The notes: generated from the sequence alone by a model not told the origin. Shown: positions 1 to 33,419, counted from the first letter of the stretch. The stretch is DNA of 64,000 bases from Hormiphora californensis (GCA_020137815.1 CM035352.1:7440001-7504000); one strand, 5' to 3'. Numbers and translations: made by a program.

Positions 1-19474
<19,474 letters not shown>

Positions 19475-19781
19475 AACTCTCACTCAGCATCACAACCCCT
19501 CATTCACCTTAAGCTATAGGAGGGGAGAGTTTGTTATGTTTTTACCCTCATTTATGCTTTGATTGGGTTGAGCAAAGTTAGGGTTACAGTTGAGGTGTTT
19601 TGGTAGTTAGCTGGAGGAGGAAGAACAAAAGTAAGTTTGGAGTTTAAAATTTAAATACGAAGCGATTAAAAAATTATAGAACAAATCAAGCACTAAAAAA
19701 CATTTTTTGCAGTTTTTGTTCATCGAGTCTCTTACTTGTCAGTTTACCAGGGACCTTCGTCCTTCAGTCCCAACCATCCAC

Positions 19782-20690
19782 CTAAAACTCCCTCTCACTC
19801 CCAACCTCTTCACCTTCACTCTCATCAGTATCACTTCTCAAATACTTATCACTTTTCCACATTATATCATTGGCATCATAAAAATCATTTGAACACCTCA
19901 AATTCTGCAACAGCTGATCATCACTATCCCCATCCCCTCCAAAACCTCCATTATAATCACTATCACTATCATCCTCTCCCTCGTCTGGGTACTCATTGGC
20001 CCAGTGATTCTCATCATTTGAATCCTCATCATAATCCCCCACATACCTCTCTCTCACCACCTCATCGTCTTCATCATCCATGATCCAGTTATCACTGATC
20101 CCAATGCCAGGTCCCTTCATTGCTCCTTCACAAAGATATACATCATACACCCAATCCTCCTCCCCACCCTCCAGGAAGGTATAAGGGTGAGGCATTGTGA
20201 CGTCATTACCCTCTGTGACGTCACTTGCTAGTTTCTGATTTATCAACCTCTGACACAGATCATCATGTTCTGATCCCTCCTCCTCTGCTGCTGCTGCTAC
20301 TACATCCTCCTCGCCCTGCTCCCCCCGGTGAGTGGAGATAATGTTGTACTTTGCAGCCCTTCTCCTCTCGTTCCCCTCCGTCCTACATCTTCCTCTAATA
20401 TCACTAATACTCGTCTCCTCGTGTTTATATCTCCTGTAGAGTTCACTCCTGTCCAGTTTCCGTGGTTCAGAGGAGGTTGATGTGACCAGTTTGAATTCGT
20501 TAAAAACACGCTGCCGCTTTGCTTCCACCTCGACATAAAGGGAGGCAGTGGGAGCGGGGGCAGAGCGCTTTCTTTTGACATAGAGAAGTGATACGTTGGG
20601 TTCGGTTGTTTCTTGTGATACATTGGGTTCGGAAGAGGATGTTTCTTGAGAAGGATGTTGTGTTGTTGTATCTGCTGGTTTATCTGCCAT
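19782..20690 (-). CDS. SLC7A6OS: RNA polymerase II nuclear localization protein SLC7A6OS/Iwr1-like (single coding exon)
   Basis: N-terminal LYVKRKRS, DWVYDVY, and Iwr1 motif DEDSNDENHWANEYPDE with acidic tail. Confidence 0.85.
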   Translation of the reverse strand: MADKPADTTTQHPSQETSSSEPNVSQETTEPNVSLLYVKRKRSAPAPTASLYVEVEAKRQRVFNEFKLVTSTSSEPRKLDRSELYRRYKHEETSISDIRGRCRTEGNERRRAAKYNIISTHRGEQGEEDVVAAAAEEEGSEHDDLCQRLINQKLASDVTEGNDVTMPHPYTFLEGGEEDWVYDVYLCEGAMKGPGIGISDNWIMDDEDDEVVRERYVGDYDEDSNDENHWANEYPDEGEDDSDSDYNGGFGGDGDSDDQLLQNLRCSNDFYDANDIMWKSDKYLRSDTDESEGEEVGSEREF

Positions 20691-21126
20691 AACTCCTAAA
20701 ATGAATACTAGAAAGTAGGGGCCAGAGGATGTAGGGGTTAAAAAGTAGGGGAGGCAGGGGCCGGGGGTTATGGGTTAGTTCCATAATAACAGAGCTAAAT
20801 TGGGGGTTGAAGACATGAAAAGAACACCACTTGCATCATTCAAACTGCGGTTAAACTTTTTAACATGTAATCAAGGTCGATAATATTTACACAGGCTGGA
20901 ATCATGGACATGAGACAGGGATCATGAACATGGGGCAGGTTTCCCTAACTTGACTTGGAACCTGGCACACTAAAACCCTCTATATCCATCTATCTATTTA
21001 TAATAAAATTACCGTTAGTCTGTAGTCATGCTGCATGACTCATGCACCCACTCTCACTAATGCTCCCTGGTATGAAATATAAACAAGAAAAAACAAGATT
21101 GAAAACACAGAACATCCCCAGGTTTC

Positions 21127-23041
21127 CTAAATATTCTTTTTATCTTCGGCTGCGCTACCCGTTAGTTCGCTCCCTGAGGCTGCACTTCTCTGAGCCTCCC
21201 TCCTCTTACTCCTTCTTTCTTTCTTCTCTTTCTCCAAATAGTAGTCGTCCAGTCTGAGTGAGGATTTGTTGAGAGAGGGTCGATTAAGGCAAGGGAGGAT
21301 AATAGTATCAAAATGCTTAATTACTAAACACAATCTCAAGTGGTTTTAGAGTACTCGAATTAATACTATCGGGGTCACTACTCCAGGTGAATACCGTTAC
21401 GTTATATATTTCTGGGGTTAACTCACGTATAAAAAGGTTTGAGGGTATCCATGATACCAAGCTTATCATCATTGATGTTAGGTAACAGCCAGAAATGGTA
21501 GACTCCTTTTGAGAACAACCAGACAGCCATGAAGAGTATCAAACGAACTGTGAAGAAGGGAGGGGGTAAGTGAGTGGCAGAGGGGAGAGAGAGAGTGATT
21601 AGTGAGGAAGAGAGAGAACGATAGAAACATAGGTCATAGACGCAGAATGCAGATAGAACGATAGAATGAGAGAGTACAGCAGTAATCCTTGTTTTACCAC
21701 CCCAACAAACCTATAAGGAGTGCAAAGAAGATCCCCACCAATACTCCGGAGCCATTGGTGATGTACTGGAACGCTATTTGGGCCTGCCCTGGCCAGACAG
21801 GGACTAGAGCCATCGCTACCACACCCATCAGTACACCAATACCTAGAAGGAAGAGATTAGTTAGAACTACGATTATTCCCGCTGCATCTCTATATTCCTA
21901 ATACCCCTTGGCCACTATAATCAATGAACAATACCCCGACTACTCCCAACCCCCGCCATCCTAACCATTAACGGCTAACCTATGATCCATGCCCAAATGC
22001 CCATGGGACTGTATTTCCACATGTAATAACTCTCTGGACTGTCAATAAACATTTCGGCATCGTTCACAACATCAAACTTCAGAGGTTTGCTACTCTTCTT
22101 TCTCTTCTTTTCGACCTCTGGAAGAGAGCGTGTGGGTAAACGGAAGTCAAGTAATGAAATGTACAACCTCAAATTTCATTATAAGTAGGTAAAATCGAAG
22201 CGAGGGCAAAAAATCAAAATTAACAAAATCACAGTACATACCTGGATCGAGTGGTCGTTTCTTTGTCTTTGTTCTAAGGGCAATGAACAGTTCACTAGAA
22301 AGCAGTCCAGTGCAAAACTCTGCTGCTTCCTTTCTAGTCTCCACGAACAGATCATCGTTCTCATCACCCCACTTTGAGGAGAGGAGAGCATCAACCAAGG
22401 ATGCACCTGTGTGTGATGGGGTATGGAGGTGTTAGAATGAGGGAGGTGTTAGGATTGTCAGAATTGGGGATTTGGCAGTGAAACCAAGGAGGCACCTGTC
22501 AGAGGTGTCAGAATTGGGGTGAGGTGTATTTGGCAGTGAAATTACATTTCTCTCTACCTCTCCCTCACACACAATTGATTGATTGATTGACACTCTTGAC
22601 TCTCCCTATCTCTCTCCCTCGTATCCCTCTCTCTCCCACCTACTCTCCCTTTCTCTCTCTAACCTGAAAAGTATTTGATCTGCTTGTCCTTCGTTTTCCC
22701 CTCCAATGTCGTGACCTCACTCTGCAGGTACCTCCCAACTTCATCCATAATCTTCTTCACACGAGCCCTCTACGGATAGAGTTTAGTGTGAGTTGGAAAA
22801 TGTGTTTAGTTTGGGTGACTTAGCAAAGTACCTAACCAAGCTTGTTTTGTTCAATCCTAGGGAGGGCCGAACAAGGCAAAACAAAGCATGGAAGAAATGA
22901 AATAGCCCAGTTATGGAATGTTTTAACCCTTCAATAAATAAGAGATTGGGAATGAGTCAAGTTCCGAGAGAGTATGAAAAAAGAGCTAATTTCACCTACC
23001 TCCTCGGCTTGCGCCTTCTTCTCTTCCTTCGTCATTGTCAT
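21127..23041 (-). CDS. SEC62: Translocation protein SEC62 (multi-exon)
   Basis: IKYFSG..LVDALLSSKW, YYMWKY, two hydrophobic segments (VALVPVWP; FFALLIGL), FWLLPNINDD..GIMDTLKPFY, basic C-terminus. Confidence 0.85.
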
Positions 23042-23233
23042 GATCACAGTCTGACTACTATTCTTTGAGCTATAAATTGTTGGGGGCTGATATAATGTTT
23101 ATTAACAGAGAGTTCAACAGGAGATAAACAACTTATTGTATCTCAGAAAAGGTTACATAAATAAAGTAAAGTAGATCACAATAAATCAAATTATATTCAA
23201 GTGTGTTCTCATCTCCGTTTCAATTTTCACTTA

Positions 23234-23642
23234 CTGTAAAACTAGATATTTTCGAGGCAATTAATTTTCGCGATTCGATCAAAATTTACTATTTTCGCGA
23301 TTTTAATTTTCGCTAATCCCACTGCTACCCCCATTTCACGGTCCTAGTCTATTGTCTAATTGTCATGAGACACCAGACCTGCTTGGCGTAGACCAATGAA
23401 ATATGAGCATTTTCTCATTGCTGATTGGCTCTAAGAGATAGCCAATCAGGGATTTCTGATCTGATGAACCGATTGTCGTTGACTTAGTACTAAAAGTAAA
23501 AAATGTGTCAACCTGAAATAACTTGCACGCGCTTTCTGTAAAAAATCGTCCAAAATATTTTCGCGAAATTAATTTTCGCGGATTTTCCAGCCAAAAATAA
23601 AGAGCGAAAATAAAAATCTCACGAAAATATCTAGTTTTACAG
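23234..23642. mobile_element. Tc1/mariner-type MITE
   Basis: TIR CTGTAAAACTAGATATTTTCG with flanking TA. Confidence 0.85.
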
Positions 23643-23789
23643 TAGTATATTTAACATGTCTTCACTCTCTCGCTTACTCAAACACACACAACAAAGGTCA
23701 AGTAGTCTTTAGCTGCAGCCTGCAAGTCAACACAACCTCATCTTTCCCTTTGCTTCAAACACCAGATACCTCCAATTTTATCGGGCCCT

Positions 23790-24665
23790 CTAAGACATAA
23801 GGACGGCTCCACCAGCAGCGAATTCCATTCTAGTTTTAGGCAACTCAAATGCAATCCAGTCAGACTGGTGTGTTGGAAGAAGTCCCATAGCGCTGCACTT
23901 GTACAGAGCCATCCCAATAAGAACAAAGTTGGAAAGAATGTAGACGACCTTCTGGAGGATATGGTGACCACCTGGAAATGTATTTAGTGTGAGTTCAGAG
24001 TTATAGAGTGGGACACGCGACGTCATATCTCGTCATATATCGATTTTTAAAATAACGGAGTCCTTGTGGCTTGTTAACACATTTAGTTTTCACTGGACTA
24101 TGAGTCACAACAATGGCCTCTAAGAGACTCACCCTCTAGTTTCTGGAAGGTGGTTTTGTAGGAGAAAATGGAGGCAATGGGGGATTTGAACATCATAACA
24201 GTCATTATGATGGGGAAGATAGAGATTGTGTTGCCAATCATCCACATCAGAAACAAGTTCATTGGTACCTGGAGGGAGCCGGGGAATTAATTTACTAAGA
24301 ACCGATTCATTGGTACCTGGGGGTGTCGGGAATTAATCTTACTAAGAGGCAATGATTAGTTAACTCCTGTAATTATATCATGTTTTCTAAAAACTAGATT
24401 GTCGTCATGCGTCTTGTCAGAGCTGCTACAGATCACAGTTACATGCAATTACCTGTTTGAGTGGTACGAGTGCGATATCCCAAGATCTCTTGACAATCAG
24501 GTGGGCGTTGTTATCTTCTTGTTCCAGATCTGGAACCCTCTCAAAATCCTCGCAATACCCGATAGGGTTGGATAGCGGGGGAGGATTCTGCCAGGAGTGT
24601 TTGGATCGAGTAGTGAAATCAACCCGCCATCTCATACCTACTGACTTCTCGCTTTTAACAACCAT
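23790..24665 (-). CDS. EMC4: ER membrane protein complex subunit 4 (3 exons)
   Basis: KRSWDIALVPLKQ|VPMNLFLMWMIGNTISIFPIIM and ALYKCSAMGLLPTHQSDWIAF. Confidence 0.93.
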
Positions 24666-24859
24666 TTCTACAGCAGGAGGAGATTGTGGTAAAGAATCAA
24701 TGATGGGAAATGGAGTCACTGCTAGGACGGAGTGGATGCATCGAAAAAATGAAAATTTACATGAATATTAAAAGAAATACCGCAACCTATCATCTCTTGG
24801 TGGGCGTATTAGAGCGCTTTTCAAGTTTCAATACAGCACCCAGCAAGCTTGAAGCTGCG

Positions 24860-25545
24860 ATCTCCGAAGAGAAGAGAGAAAAAGAATTAAAAAAAGAATT
24901 TAAAGCTAAAAAAAAGAGAGCCTAACGAGTAATAGCCAGACGCTAGGCAATCAATCATATCTCCGGTTCCAGTTAAGGTACAAAAATCGTTTTGGTAGCG
25001 TTGGAAAGAGGAAGATAACAGCTTTCAAATGCAACCGGTTTCAGGTCTCTATCTTATCAGGAACAGGAGATATGAACCAAACTCCGCAAAATCGAGTGCG
25101 GTAAAATAAAAAAATTCGAGATTTTAATTCAAATTTGAAACAAAGTGTCCCTGCAGGGATCTGTGACGTCACTTTTTGAAAACAACCAATCTTTGAACGG
25201 CTATTGCTCAGCTTCCTGAAGTCCAATTTACTTCTCTCAAAAACAGCAAGGTAGATAATTGTCAGATCTAACAGCTAGTGAAAGAATCAAGTCAAACGGA
25301 CTTCAGGGGCCAAAGTTATAAGCACCGCCGTTTTTTCGCTCGCAAAGTTATCTTCGACCCAGCCGGGCCCGTCCTGAGCTCAGGCCAAACGCGCGCGCGG
25401 CATTCCCTTCAGTCCCCTCGTTGCGGGGGTGCGCGCATGAGGGGGCTGCAGCGCATTCCAAAGAGAGAAAAAGAATTAAAAAAAGAATTTAAAGAGCTAA
25501 AAAAAAGAGCGCCAACGAGTCTTCGCCAGACGCTGCGCGGCGGCG
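24860..25545. repeat. Pair of ~80-bp A-rich direct repeats, probable TE remnant
   Basis: AGAGAAAAAGAATTAAAAAAAGAATTTAAAG..CTAAAAAAAAGAG..AACGAGT..GCCAGACGCT at ~24864 and ~25462. Confidence 0.6.
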
Positions 25546-25728
25546 TTTAAAAAAATCTGGATGCCTTGTCACGCGCAAAACCAAATTTTACGCCGCGCAT
25601 TGTTTTCTCGCTTGAAAAAAATCCCAGCTCAGCTTTTTTACACTCCCAGCTTTGAAAAGCGCTGCCTATATTCGGCTGTTGGAAAGTGATGCCAATCGGT
25701 GTTGGGGTTAGTGAATTTTCAAAAAAAG

Positions 25729-25764
<36 letters not shown>

Positions 25765-25849
25765 GCCTTATCCCGCGCCGGGGGGCCAGCAACGTTTGCC
25801 AACTCCCAGCTCAGCTTTTTTTACACTCCGACCGGGGTATCGCTTGCTT

Positions 25850-26215
25850 GCAACTCCCCGTCGTTTAGTCTCATGTCTAGTATAGAGTTCCTGGAGTTTC
25901 GTACATATCCCATAACTGGGGGACAGTCCGAAAACGACGTCAGGTATCTTGACAGACGACAGTTGAACTTTGAATGCCTGGAACTCGTCAATTTGATTAA
26001 GTTTTGCTGGTAAACAGTTCCATAGTCGTGGTCCCATAACAGCAAAGGATCCGTCATATGCTGTTTGTTTGGCCATAGTGGACAGCTTGGTCAATTTGGG
26101 AACCACAGCTCGAACTCCAAGTCGACCTCCAGTTGTGAACCTTATTTTGAGGTCATTGGAGACTAGGCCGTGCATGATCTTCCACATGTGGAGAATGGAG
26201 TATCTCTCTCCTACG
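25850..26215 (-). mobile_element. Degenerate 3' fragment of a CR1/L2-clade LINE
   Basis: ERYSILHMWKIMHGL...GPRLWNCLP...PDCPPVMGY..NSILD, homologous to the C-terminus of the LINE at 10.3-11.5 kb, with frameshift. Confidence 0.8.
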
Positions 26216-26391
26216 CTGTAGGGAGCTAAGGCCCAGGTTTCGGGTCGGCTGATGTAAAAACTCCGCGTTTTGGTCGAGATCTTTTTTTGTGAAAAACCGG
26301 GTTGACCGGGTCCATTACTACGGAATATAACAATAAGTGTAATCAGTACATACGGGGTAAAATAAATTAATTCGTTGCATTGTAAGATTGA

Positions 26392-26430
26392 GAGCGAGAA
26401 CAAGGAGCGGAAACGGAGACTTAGGTAAGA
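26392..26430 (+). pseudogene. Orphan fragment of a BRWD exon end plus its intron donor
   Basis: Encodes SENKERKRRL followed by AG|GTAAGAG; matches the reverse complement of ~12981-13018. Confidence 0.8.
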
Positions 26431-26791
26431 GCTTCGTTTCGATAAAATCATACATCAGGGGCCTAGCAAGATCCGAAAATAAACCAAACTCAACCCATGC
26501 ATTACCCATCCCACCCTACAATTTACATGACATAGTGAAACGAGGTGTTTTTTTAAAATGCTGTTTGCCAAATTCGAATATTAAAATAGACCAACAATGT
26601 AGAACAAAGATTGAATTGGTAGTTCTTTCCGTGATAGGGTTCTGCCCTGTCTCACGGTGCTCCAAATGTAAAGGAGGGTTAGAACAAAACAAGGTTCTGC
26701 TGGTTCAATGTCCATATAAAGTTCTTGAAGTTCTCGTTCACTGGTGCATAGAGGGTCTGATCGAGTTACTTCAAAAAACCGCCCCGTCCGT

Positions 26792-26856
26792 CTAATTCTT
26801 CACCCATATAGAGCCTTTTTGAGACCTGAAATCCAGAGTTTTACAAGATTATCTCT

Positions 26857-26914
<58 letters not shown>

Positions 26915-26923
26915 TCTCTCTCA

Positions 26924-26966
<43 letters not shown>

Positions 26967-27752
26967 TCTCTCTAACTCTCTCTCTCTTTCTCTCTCTCAC
27001 CTGTTGGAAAAGTTGTTGTTCCTGGTACAAACATAGTTCATTCCACCAGTCTTGGTGAACTTCAGGACATGACCAAAGTAACTAGCAGGGGCATTGTTCA
27101 TCTTATCTGAAAATATTGTTTATGTATTATTTAATCTGGACGATTGGGGTTTACATGTTATTTGCTTTTTTAGTTACAACACCTAATTAGTATTTTTCCT
27201 AAAACCTATCTTACCATTAATTTTAGTTTTCCTCCCGTTCAAAGATCTATCTGCAGGGCAACTATCAGTTCCTTTTTCAGCTGAAATGGATGCATATTGA
27301 GGAACACTGACCTAGCTGCGAAAGGGATATGCAACCCTTTAAAGGACCCTAGAAAGTTAACCGGGCTTCTTCTCACCTGCCTGTAATTGGAAGTCGAAAC
27401 AGTTCAGAGCTTCCGAAAGCGTTTCAACACACTTAGCATGGCAAGAGGCTTTGTAAGAATTACAATTGGATTTACCGGATCCCCGATACTTACAGCAGTA
27501 GTATCCAGCACTGGCAAGACCAATGGCAATGTCAGTACCATCCGCATCAGGATCAGTCAGAGACTTCACACCTTCCCAGAACTTGGATTGGGCAATAGTT
27601 TTGGGGTAATTCTCACCCTCGGGGCCCATCTCCATTAGATTTGATCTGTCAGTACCTGCAATTTTAGACATTATCAGTACCAGAAATACTTGGAAAATTA
27701 AGAAATTAGGAAATGATTGCTTTTTCAAAGGGCCAAATTTCCACACTCCGTA

Positions 27753-27845
<93 letters not shown>

Positions 27846-30800
27846 CACTCCTTACTCTCTCCACACTCCTTACTTTCTCCACACTCCTTACCTTCAGTTC
27901 CCTCTCCGGCAATCTCCATCATTTTTGTTGTTGTGAGTGTTGCTGCCCGTCCACTGGACATGCACCAGATCATTCTTTCTCACTGTTAACCGGTTTGGTA
28001 TGAAATCATATTCTGTAGCGGGGAATGTTTGAACGAGGTTCCCTCGTTTTCCCCGGACATTCAGGTTGTAGATAGTTTTACCAGCCATGTCACCAGTTCG
28101 CGGGAGAATCTAAAGTGGGGAGGGGGTTGGAGGGTCGAAAGTGGAAGTCATAAAAAATGCTAAGCTATGAGACCGAAATGTTTCACGTAAGATCTACCTG
28201 GTAAACGTGAGATCGATCCTGGAAAGTTCGACCAGTTTGAGCTGTGTTGAGGGCCAACTCAAAACCATTCCCATCACCAAACACATCGACCGTCGGATCA
28301 TTTTCAATGACGTCACTATGGAAACAGGTTGATGTAACCATGGGAACGGGTTGATGTAACCATGGGAACGGGTTGATGTTACTATGGCAACGGGTTGATG
28401 TAACCATGGGAACGGGTTGATGTTAATATGGCAACGGGTTGACGTCACTACACTTACTTGTTGTTATTTGAGTTAGAGAATGTGTTCCAACCGTCGTAAT
28501 CAGTCGTTGAAATGTTGTATCTTATCCGCAATACACATCTAGAAAAGAAGGTTAGAATTTAATCTATATAATTGTAAGAGATAAGATAATTATCGTATGA
28601 CGTATATCAAGTGATGTGTGTTAATGTTAACAAACCGTTTGGCTTGGCCGCTTGGGAAGTAGGGCAGATCAATTTCTATCCTGGAGGCGTTTGGGTGATC
28701 GTTGTTGCTACCAAAGTTCTCCGCATTGCCTGACACAAAAGAGAGATTGGTACAATAACTAAAGAGAGCAAAAGAGAAAATGGTACAATAACTAAAGATA
28801 GTAAAAAAGAGATTGTTAAATGATAGGTAAGAGACGCACCTAAATGGTTATCCCGAGTCCATGGGGCCTCGTCACAATGAATCTGTGGAGCTTGTACAAT
28901 GCATCTCTCAGCATCGTCATCACTCTGTATTATAGAGGGACGTGTATTAGGGTCAACTTGGTGATTACTAAGACTCTAAACTTCACATTAATTTTGTGAT
29001 TTGTGAGTCTCAGTACCTACGTGGCGTGTTAGTTCAGAATTTGATTTGATAGAAAGTATGTCACCCCGGAACCTACCCTAAGTTTCTCCCAAATTATCTT
29101 GTTAGCTCCCTGAGATTTAGCAGCCTTCTTGCAGTCACTTTCCGTTTTAACATCTGTCAGAATCTCTATAAATGAGTTGAATTTGACCCAATTTCCACCC
29201 TCAGCCTTGCAGGAGTCTTCAGTGATTGATCGGCCGTAGGTTCGCGTTCCATAGTCGTCCAAGCTCAAAACACATCTATAATGAGGTTAAGCAAAGTTGG
29301 AAAAAATAAAAACCATTATGTAAAACTAATTACGAAGTTTCAGATGATGGGTAAAAAAGGGATTCAGACCTGTATTTGGCGTTGTGGTTGAAACTATTCT
29401 CCTTGATGTAGTTACACCTGCTCTTTTCTCCCAGCCACGCAACATCAATCCAGGGAGTCCTACCCTGAGTGTACTCATTAACCTTACTGAGTGGAATTGA
29501 AGGAGGGGGGGGGGGTTACTAACCCGGTTAGATCCTCATTAACTTTACTCATTAACCAAACTGAGTGGAATTGAAGGAGGGGGGGGGTTACTAACCCGGT
29601 TAGATCCTCATTAACTCTACTCATTAACTTTACTGAGTGGGGGGGTTAGCTTTTAACTATCCTCATCACCTCTATCAACATTCACTCTGTCTGGTAACTA
29701 TGGTTACTATGACAACTCACTCTGTCTTGTTACTATGGTTACTATGACAACTCACTCTGTCTGGTTACTATGGTTACTATGACAACTCACTCTGTCTGGT
29801 AACTATGGTTACTATGACAACTCACTCTGTCTGGTAACTATGGTTACTATGACAACTCACTATTTCTGGTTACTATGGTTACTATGACAACTCAGTCTGT
29901 CTGGTTACTATGGTTACTATGACAACTCACTCTGTCTGGTAGGTAGGAACCCAGTAGGGAAAGTAATCCCTTTCCTCTGGACACTCGTATCCGTGTCTAT
30001 TCCCATTATTATTTTGTCGAGTTCGAGCAGCACTAGTGTATCCAATCTTGTCCTTGCCAAGATTCTGATCAGCGGTAAATAGTCCTGAAAAATAAACATA
30101 ACAGGAGTAAGAAAAAGCAGTACAGAAATAGCAAAACGTCCTAAACTAAACACTCATCTGATCGAAAAGTTATAAACAGCCTGTTCTAGCAGATTCAAAT
30201 ATAATATTCCAGAAAGTGAAAGTGAAATTTAAAGTGAAAGTGAAAGTAAACTGAAATTTAAAGTGAAAGTGAAAGTAAACTGAAATTTAAAGTGAAAGTG
30301 AAAGTAAACTGAAAGTGAAAGTACCTCCATTGGCCTCCCTGTATCGGCATGTTTCATACCACCACACCGTCTCATGGAGTCCTTTGTTTTTGTGCACCTT
30401 AACATCGTTTCTGACCCTCATCCTGATTAGCCAACTTCCATTACTCTCATCTTTTGATGGCTCAATGTACTTCTGCAGGCAGGATGTGAACAATGAACAT
30501 AGTCATTGCGAGTTAGTCGCAACTTCCGTTGCGTGGCGCGACCATCAAATTTGAGCATATAATATATGATTAGACCCTATGCTATGGGGTAAGACTTCCT
30601 CGCCACGCGAGGCCGCTATGCGGCCTCACGTAGCCGCACCGGGCTTACTTGGGTGCTGGTGCTCTTCCCTTCCCTCATATAGTATTTCCTCTGTTCAACT
30701 TTGGTGAGATCACTTTTGTCGCTGGACCTTGGGTAATCATCATCAGTTCCATTGTTCATACACATGTACTGGGGGTGAGATCGTTATTTTTTTTTTTTTT

Positions 30801-32662
30801 TTGGAAAAGGATAAAAATCGATATATTTATAAAGACAATATCCCGGTTGGCTCCTATTGACGGAGTGTCAATATAGACGGAGCGCTTACACCTCAAAATA
30901 CTCTAAAAAATTCACACACAGAGACAGTTCTCACACACTACGGACAAACAGACTAATACAGTATATTTTTAATAGAATAAATAAAATCTAATATGGCTAC
31001 TATAGATAATATATTGATTATTTCCCCCTCCCTAGCCAGCCCCCCAAAATTCTTGTTTGTAAATGTCTTGTAATCAATTTTGTGATTAGATTCGCGACTG
31101 TGCGATTGCTTGTTGTATAGTTTCAACTCTTCAACACCACACCAAAGAAATAAATAATTTGAAGTCCATGAGATAGGAAAGATTGATCTAAAGTTTAGAA
31201 AGTAGGTGAAGTCAATAGCACAGCCGCGAATTTACTAATTTGGAATGTTATTCCAGAGGTAATCTTTGAGCTTGGCCACAAAGGCGTCATGAGAATCTAG
31301 GCATCGTAGGTCATGCGGAAGGTTATTCCATTCCACATGGATACGGTAAAAATAACTATGTTTAAAAGCGTCAATATTAAGGTTATGTGTGCAAATTATG
31401 TCTGTTTGGTCCCGGTTTGTCTGTTGTCTAGTTGTATGCCTGTCGTGTCTGTCAGGGATGTATTTGTGAAGGAACAATGGAAGTTAGTTGTTGGTAGTAT
31501 AGATAATGCAATTAATTTATTAATTAATTAAATTTAATTACCTGAATGACAATGTTACAGCTAAGTTTGGGGTTACCCCCACAACCGTGTTGGTTTGTCC
31601 ACTCCACCATTAGCTTACTAGAGGCATCCTTATCACTCCCATAGTATTGCTGAAATGCAGTGAAATTAACAGGCAGGAGTTTCTAGTAATGAGAGTGAAA
31701 TCAAGCGCAGTCCCCAAAATTACCCCACAATTATTACCCTACAATTACCCCACAATTATTACCCTACAATTACCCCACAATTACCCCACAATTACCCCAT
31801 AATTACCCTACAATTACCCCACAATTACCCCACAATTATTACCCTACAATTACCCCACAATTACCCCATAATTACCTCATAATTACCCCATAATTACCCC
31901 ACAATTATTACTCCACAATATATCCCCACTATTACCCCACAATTATCCCACAATTATTACCCTACAATTACCCCATAATTATTACCCTACAATTACCCCA
32001 CAATTATTACCCTACAATTACCCCACAATTACCCCACAATTACCCCACAATTATTACCCTACAATTACCCCACAATTACCCCACAATTACCCCATAATTA
32101 TTACCCTACAATTACCCCACAATTATTACCCTACAATTACCCCACAATTACCCCACAATTACCCCATAATTACCTCATAATTACCCCATAATTACCCCAC
32201 AATTATTACTCCACAATATATCCCCACTATTACCCCACAATTACCCCACAATTACCCCACAATTACCCCACAATTACCCAACAATTACCCCACAATTACC
32301 CCACAATTGTCCCACAATTACCATGGCGTACTGCCTGAGGATATCACCCCCGGCTGCCTTATCAAACCGATCTCCTATGTTGTATCCTCCTTTGTTGTTG
32401 TTTTGGGAATCAAATAGTCTGTTAGCGTTCTTTCTATTTGCTGTGTTCTCATTCAGCCTGGGGAATAGTGTTAATCACTAGTTGTATTTCAATTATAAAG
32501 ATCCGTGATAAATGTCGTGTACAACGTGAGACTAACTCTTCTTCTTTAAAAAATTCGATTTCACCTGTTGTTGGAGCCCCGTGGGTTTTGTAGGTAACAA
32601 TCACCATAGCAACCAGTTACAAGAAGGGTTACAGCTAGAACCACTGTAACCAGAGACCACAT
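26792..32662 (-). CDS. Protein DD3-3-like secreted protein, copy 2 (inverted paralog)
   Basis: Same exon order and motifs as copy 1 ([14 protein letters not shown]..., exon 4 at 30649-30768, ...[10 protein letters not shown] stop 26792). Apparent 1-bp insertion at ~27911 creates a stop (error or pseudogenisation). Confidence 0.85.
30787..31495 (-). mobile_element. 3' end of a CR1/L2-clade LINE with poly(A)-like tail in DD3-3 copy-2 intron 3
   Basis: [27 protein letters not shown] terminal ORF2 motif, 3' UTR, T-run at 30787-30802; not present in copy 1. Confidence 0.75.
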
Positions 32663-33419
32663 GACTCTATATACAGCATAATATAACATTTAGGTATGTT
32701 GTCAATAAGTAATTAAATTCTAATAAGTAACTGTTAAATTGCTAACCATATGGTTTACAACCTGGTCATACCGTTCTCATTTCTGTCAAATAAGCAGAGA
32801 ACCGCGGTCAGAGCATTGACATGACTAGGTCTATGTGTGTAGCAACAAGAAATGAAACCCCGAACGAATACTCCACTGACCCACCTGCTTCACCCTTTTA
32901 TACTAATCCATCCTTTTATGCTATTCCATCGCTTACAAAATAAACTCTCTTTCCTCCATTATTTGTTCCAAGATTCCAAGCTATTATTTTGTCCAAGCTA
33001 TTATTTGATTCATATTATGAACAATGGCTCCAGAAAAGCCCTGACCTAAAACTAGAAAGTTGTCTTGCTCGACCCTGTTTCCGTGCGGGTTTGAACAAAA
33101 CAACTAGAAAGGTGATCTGCAGACTATTTTTGGAAGCAACACGTGGTTAGGACGAAGTTCACCTTATATTATATATATATAATATATTTGAGGATAGAAT
33201 TTATTCTTTGGTTCATTTTCTGGGGGGGGGGGGGGGTAGGGTAGATGGCGCCCATGTCAAACATAGTAAACTAATTAAAAAACAAATTCGTGGCTTGGCA
33301 AGCCCCCCCCCCCCCCGACCCAAAAATAACTCAAACCCAACCCAAGCTTAAAAGGGCTTGAAAAGTTTTTAAAAAAAACTTAAAACAGTTTTAAACAATT
33401 AATAATTTCCTCTAGCACA

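Noticed and set aside
26744-28003. ER/SL-repeat ORFs
   Set aside because: Translations of (GA)n microsatellites in introns.
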